DNA of 64,000 nt from NCBI GenBank assembly GCA_965277285.1, contig OZ255721.1:2432001-2496000 (forward strand), written 5' to 3'. The position numbers and the translations under genes are program-made. The notes beneath the pieces were generated by a model, which searched no databases, was not told the origin of the DNA, and saw only the letters and a list, made by a program, of their open reading frames with translations. Every line of letters starts with the position of its first letter. Within the stretch, counting starts at the first letter, position 1. The DNA comes from Abditibacteriaceae bacterium. GTDB lineage: Bacteria > Armatimonadota > Abditibacteriia > Abditibacteriales > Abditibacteriaceae. This document shows, one piece after another, positions 61,250 to 64,000 of the stretch.

Positions 61250-62056
61250 ATGTTTGCCAGGTGGAAACGACTTTTTTTGCTTTTTCTTTTCTTTGGTGCC
61301 GCTCTGGGCAGATGGCAGATGTGGCATTTTTTGGCGCAACGCTTTTTTTGTCGCGCGTTCAAGGTGCGTCGACCTTATCGTTTGAGCACCAAAGCCGCGC
61401 GTTATCCTTTGTGGTGCCGCCCGCAAAGCAGCGATCTCGATGTCTTCAAGCAAATTTTTGTGCTGCACGAATACGCGCTGGTCACTGGTTTATTGAAAGG
61501 TTCGTCCGTTGGTTTGGTGCTCGATTGCGGCGCCAATGCCGGCTATTCGGCGGCTTACTTTCTAACGCAATTTCCACGTTGCGAACTGATCGCTGTAGAA
61601 CCAGACGCCGCGAACTTTCGCTTGCTGCAACGCAATCTGGCGCCTTATGGAAAGCGGGCGCGCGCCATGCACAGCGCAATTTGGTCGCACTCAGTCGGAT
61701 TAAAAATCACTGACAATCTTTTCCGTGATGGGCGCGAATGGGCGCGTACCGTGCGCGAATGTCGCGGTGATGAAACGCCTGATTTCGTGGCCACCGACAT
61801 CGCCACCTTGCTCCACGATTCTGGGCACGAACGAATTTCCCTGCTCAAAATGGACATCGAAGGCGCCGAAACAATTGTCTTTAACTCGAACTACGAAGAT
61901 TGGCTGTCTCGCGTGGACAACATCGCCATCGAACTGCACGACGATTCGCCGTTTGGCCCCGCCACCGAAGTGTTTTATCGCGCCTGCGCCGGACATTTCA
62001 GCTTTGAAACATTCGATGAAGTGCTCATCGGACGCCGCATCCAGAATCCCGCTTAA
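61250..62056 (+). CDS. FkbM family methyltransferase
   Basis: LDCGANAG, VEPD, KMDIEGAE. Confidence 0.88.
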   Translation: MFARWKRLFLLFLFFGAALGRWQMWHFLAQRFFCRAFKVRRPYRLSTKAARYPLWCRPQSSDLDVFKQIFVLHEYALVTGLLKGSSVGLVLDCGANAGYSAAYFLTQFPRCELIAVEPDAANFRLLQRNLAPYGKRARAMHSAIWSHSVGLKITDNLFRDGREWARTVRECRGDETPDFVATDIATLLHDSGHERISLLKMDIEGAETIVFNSNYEDWLSRVDNIAIELHDDSPFGPATEVFYRACAGHFSFETFDEVLIGRRIQNPA

Positions 62057-62221
62057 AACTCCTGCACCTCCAAAATTTTGTTATAAAGCAAGGTGAGTCT
62101 GAATCGTTGCCGTGCACCAGCGACTTCTTATGTTTCACAAGGCATCGAGTACTCGATTCGCGCTTTCACGCGGCGCGCGGAACTATGTTATAAAGAAGGC
62201 GTCGGTCGCGGAGTGAAACTT

Positions 62222-62938
62222 ATGAAACGAATTTATTGGATGGTTCCCACAGCGCTGGCGTTATGTGTCGCGCCCATTGCGATCAGCAGCGCGATGGCTT
62301 CGTCGCGTGGTCGCAACAACGCGCCCAAAGCCATCGAAGTCGATGCGCCCGCGGATACAGCAGCAACGATCGGCAAAGCGACCGCGGATTTCTCGAACGC
62401 GCGCTTCGACCGCAGCGAAACCGCATGGGGGCGTTTGGTGGCGGACGCCGTGCGCGCGCAGGCCAAAACCGACATCGCCATTGTCAATGCGGGCACGCTG
62501 GAACGCGGCACTTTGCAGGCCGGCAACATCAGCCGCGACGACATCGCCGCGCTTTTGTCGTTTGGCGACGACGACGTGGCGACGATTCAAGTCAGCGGCG
62601 CGCAGTTGCGCGAAGCCTTGGAGCGCGGCGTCGGCGCTTATTCGACGGGTTCTCCCGCCTGGCTGCATTTGTCGGGCATGACGGCGACCTTCAATGCGGG
62701 CGCCAATAGCGGCAGCCGCCTTACATCGCTTAAAGTCGCCGGACGCGATGTGAAAGATAGCGATTCGTTTTCCGTCGCCATGCCGATTGGTCTGGCCGAA
62801 GGCGGCTCCGGCTACTATAAAGTGTGGAACAACGCCGCCGTCAAAGACCAGAACGTGACGCTGACGCAAGCGATTGTCAACTACATCCACACGCACCACG
62901 CTATCTCGCCGGACAACACGGCGCGCATCAGCGGCTAA
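62222..62938 (+). CDS. Secreted protein with a stand-alone 5'-nucleotidase C-terminal domain
   Basis: Signal peptide; ET..G.LVADA, IAIVNAG, VSG..L..ALE, GGSGY. Confidence 0.8.
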   Translation: MKRIYWMVPTALALCVAPIAISSAMASSRGRNNAPKAIEVDAPADTAATIGKATADFSNARFDRSETAWGRLVADAVRAQAKTDIAIVNAGTLERGTLQAGNISRDDIAALLSFGDDDVATIQVSGAQLREALERGVGAYSTGSPAWLHLSGMTATFNAGANSGSRLTSLKVAGRDVKDSDSFSVAMPIGLAEGGSGYYKVWNNAAVKDQNVTLTQAIVNYIHTHHAISPDNTARISG

Positions 62939-62973
62939 ACGATGACGCAACCTGAAACTTAATTGGTGGCAAT

Positions 62974-63013
62974 AGCAGAACGAGTACTCGAACTTTCGAG
63001 TACTCGTTCTGCT
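62974..63013. repeat. Hairpin built from two palindrome copies
   Basis: AGCAGAACGAGTACTCGAA-CT-TTCGAGTACTCGTTCTGCT, perfect 19-bp arms. Confidence 0.8.
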
Positions 63014-63034
63014 GTTACGAGGCAAAAAACGAAA

Positions 63035-64000
63035 ATGAGCGCAATCAGGAACAAAAGAATCGCTGTCGTGGGCGCGGGGCCGAGCGGATTGACCATCGCA
63101 AGGCTTTTGCAGATGGGCGGCGCTGAAGTCAAAGTGTATGAAAGGGACGCGCACCAAGGCGCCCGAATGCAGGGCGCGACTTTGGATTTGCACGAGGAAT
63201 CGGGGTTAAAAGCTCTGCGCGCAGCCGAGTTAATGGAAGCATTTCAAGCTCACTACCGTCCGGGCGCCGATAAATTGCGCATCGTCGATAAAAATGCCCA
63301 CATTTTGATGGACGACCACGCGAACGGAAAAACCGACGAGTCGCGGCCTGAAATTGATCGCGGCCCTTTGCAGATGATTCTGCTGGATTCGCTGCGGCCC
63401 GCTACGGTTGTGTGGGACAGCCATTTTCAATCCCTTACAGCAAGCCAAAATAACTCTTGGACATTGCATTTCAAAAATGGCACGTCAACTGTTGCCGATG
63501 TCGTGATCGCAGCCGATGGCGCGAACTCAAAACTTCGTTCCTACATCACGCCCATCAAACCATTTTATTGCGGATTCACTGCAGTCGAAGGCGCCGTTTA
63601 TAATTCCGAAACAGCAAGCCCGAAAGTTCATCAGTTGTTAAAAGGCGGAAAGATATTTGCCTTTGGCGACGAGAAAAGTTTGATTGTCAGCTCGAAGGGC
63701 GATGGCAGCCTGGTATTTTATACCGGCTGCAAAACCGATGAACACTGGAGCCGGGAAAGCGGAATAGATTTCGGAGACAAAGCACAAGTGCTCGCCTGGT
63801 TCAAAGCGGAATATGCAGGCTGGGACAGCATTTGGCACGAATTATTCGAGAACGCCTCTGCGCCTTTCGTGCCGCGCCCGCTGGGTTGTATGCCTTTGGA
63901 TCAAACATGGGAAGCTTTGCCAAACCTGACTTTGCTGGGCGATGCCGCTCACTTGATGCCACCTTATGCGGGCGAAGGCGTCAACATGGCGATGTTGGAT
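63035..64000 (+). CDS. FAD-dependent monooxygenase, TetX-like family (runs off the window; not in the ORF track)
   Basis: Hand translation: IAVVGAGPSGL, VYERD, GATLDLH, RPEIDR, ADG, GDAAHLMPPYAGEGVNMAMLD. Confidence 0.88.
   Translation, partial: MSAIRNKRIAVVGAGPSGLTIARLLQMGGAEVKVYERDAHQGARMQGATLDLHEESGLKALRAAELMEAFQAHYRPGADKLRIVDKNAHILMDDHANGKTDESRPEIDRGPLQMILLDSLRPATVVWDSHFQSLTASQNNSWTLHFKNGTSTVADVVIAADGANSKLRSYITPIKPFYCGFTAVEGAVYNSETASPKVHQLLKGGKIFAFGDEKSLIVSSKGDGSLVFYTGCKTDEHWSRESGIDFGDKAQVLAWFKAEYAGWDSIWHELFENASAPFVPRPLGCMPLDQTWEALPNLTLLGDAAHLMPPYAGEGVNMAMLD

Larger units (their letters stand above)
44..63007. repeat. Dispersed highly iterated palindrome TCGAGTACTCGA (about 49 perfect plus about 30 near-perfect copies across the window)
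   Basis: Perfect copies read directly, starting at 44, 1477, 1998, 5345, 6317, 6872, 7442, 10096, 10375, 11083, 11478, 12884, 13333, 14685, 15896, 17617, 19370, 21219, 22634, 23451, 24322, 25495, 28143, 29734, 32042, 33062, 33850, 35947, 37753, 39404, 39642, 40440, 42729, 45191, 46785, 49536, 49989, 51990, 53383, 54331, 54870, 55490, 56258, 56654, 57589, 58988, 59931, 61181, 62145. Confidence 0.97.

Noticed and set aside
61250..62056. FkbM or the 2485-3216 methyltransferase as the cognate DNA methylase of the palindrome
   Set aside because: Neither shows DPPY/NPPY or PCQ DNA-methyltransferase motifs
44..63007. CRISPR array or integron attC array as the explanation for the recurring palindrome
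   Set aside because: The repeat is only 12-14 bp, gaps are 0.2-2.3 kb, many copies lie within housekeeping genes, and no cas or integrase gene is present
44..63007. Cloning linker or adapter artefact
   Set aside because: Copies keep reading frames of conserved genes intact, show natural one-mismatch variants and form extended hairpins with their flanks. Raw reads would settle it.
1..64000. tRNA, rRNA, transposase or prophage genes
   Set aside because: None recognisable by eye

Overview
Gene-dense bacterial chromosome segment. A T-box riboswitch together with kdsA suggests a diderm Terrabacteria lineage such as Armatimonadota/Abditibacteriota (inference only). Contents: a surface-polysaccharide glycosyltransferase cluster, T-box-controlled ilvB/ilvN, livG/livF, coaD, kdsA, VanW, an MbfA-like plus EncFtn-like iron pair, uvrA, an ATPase/TOPRIM-like pair, a P450, a ClC channel, rsmI, hslU, the frr-uppS-(cdsA-like)-dxr-rseP-ispG operon, amtB, an S41 protease and a truncated TetX-like monooxygenase. 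The dominant unexplained signal is a highly iterated 12-bp palindrome, TCGAGTACTCGA (often W-flanked). By hand count it has about 49 perfect copies, about 25 one-mismatch copies and about 5 two-mismatch copies, against roughly 0.004 perfect copies expected by chance. It occurs in most intergenic spacers and inside genes in all three frames, is spaced more evenly than random, sits at the centre of several hairpins and is missing from apparently foreign genes. It looks like a HIP1-like genome-wide motif system. Several REP-like hairpin families, a missed bS22-like small ORF and a nonsense-interrupted SDR are also present. All counts are manual.
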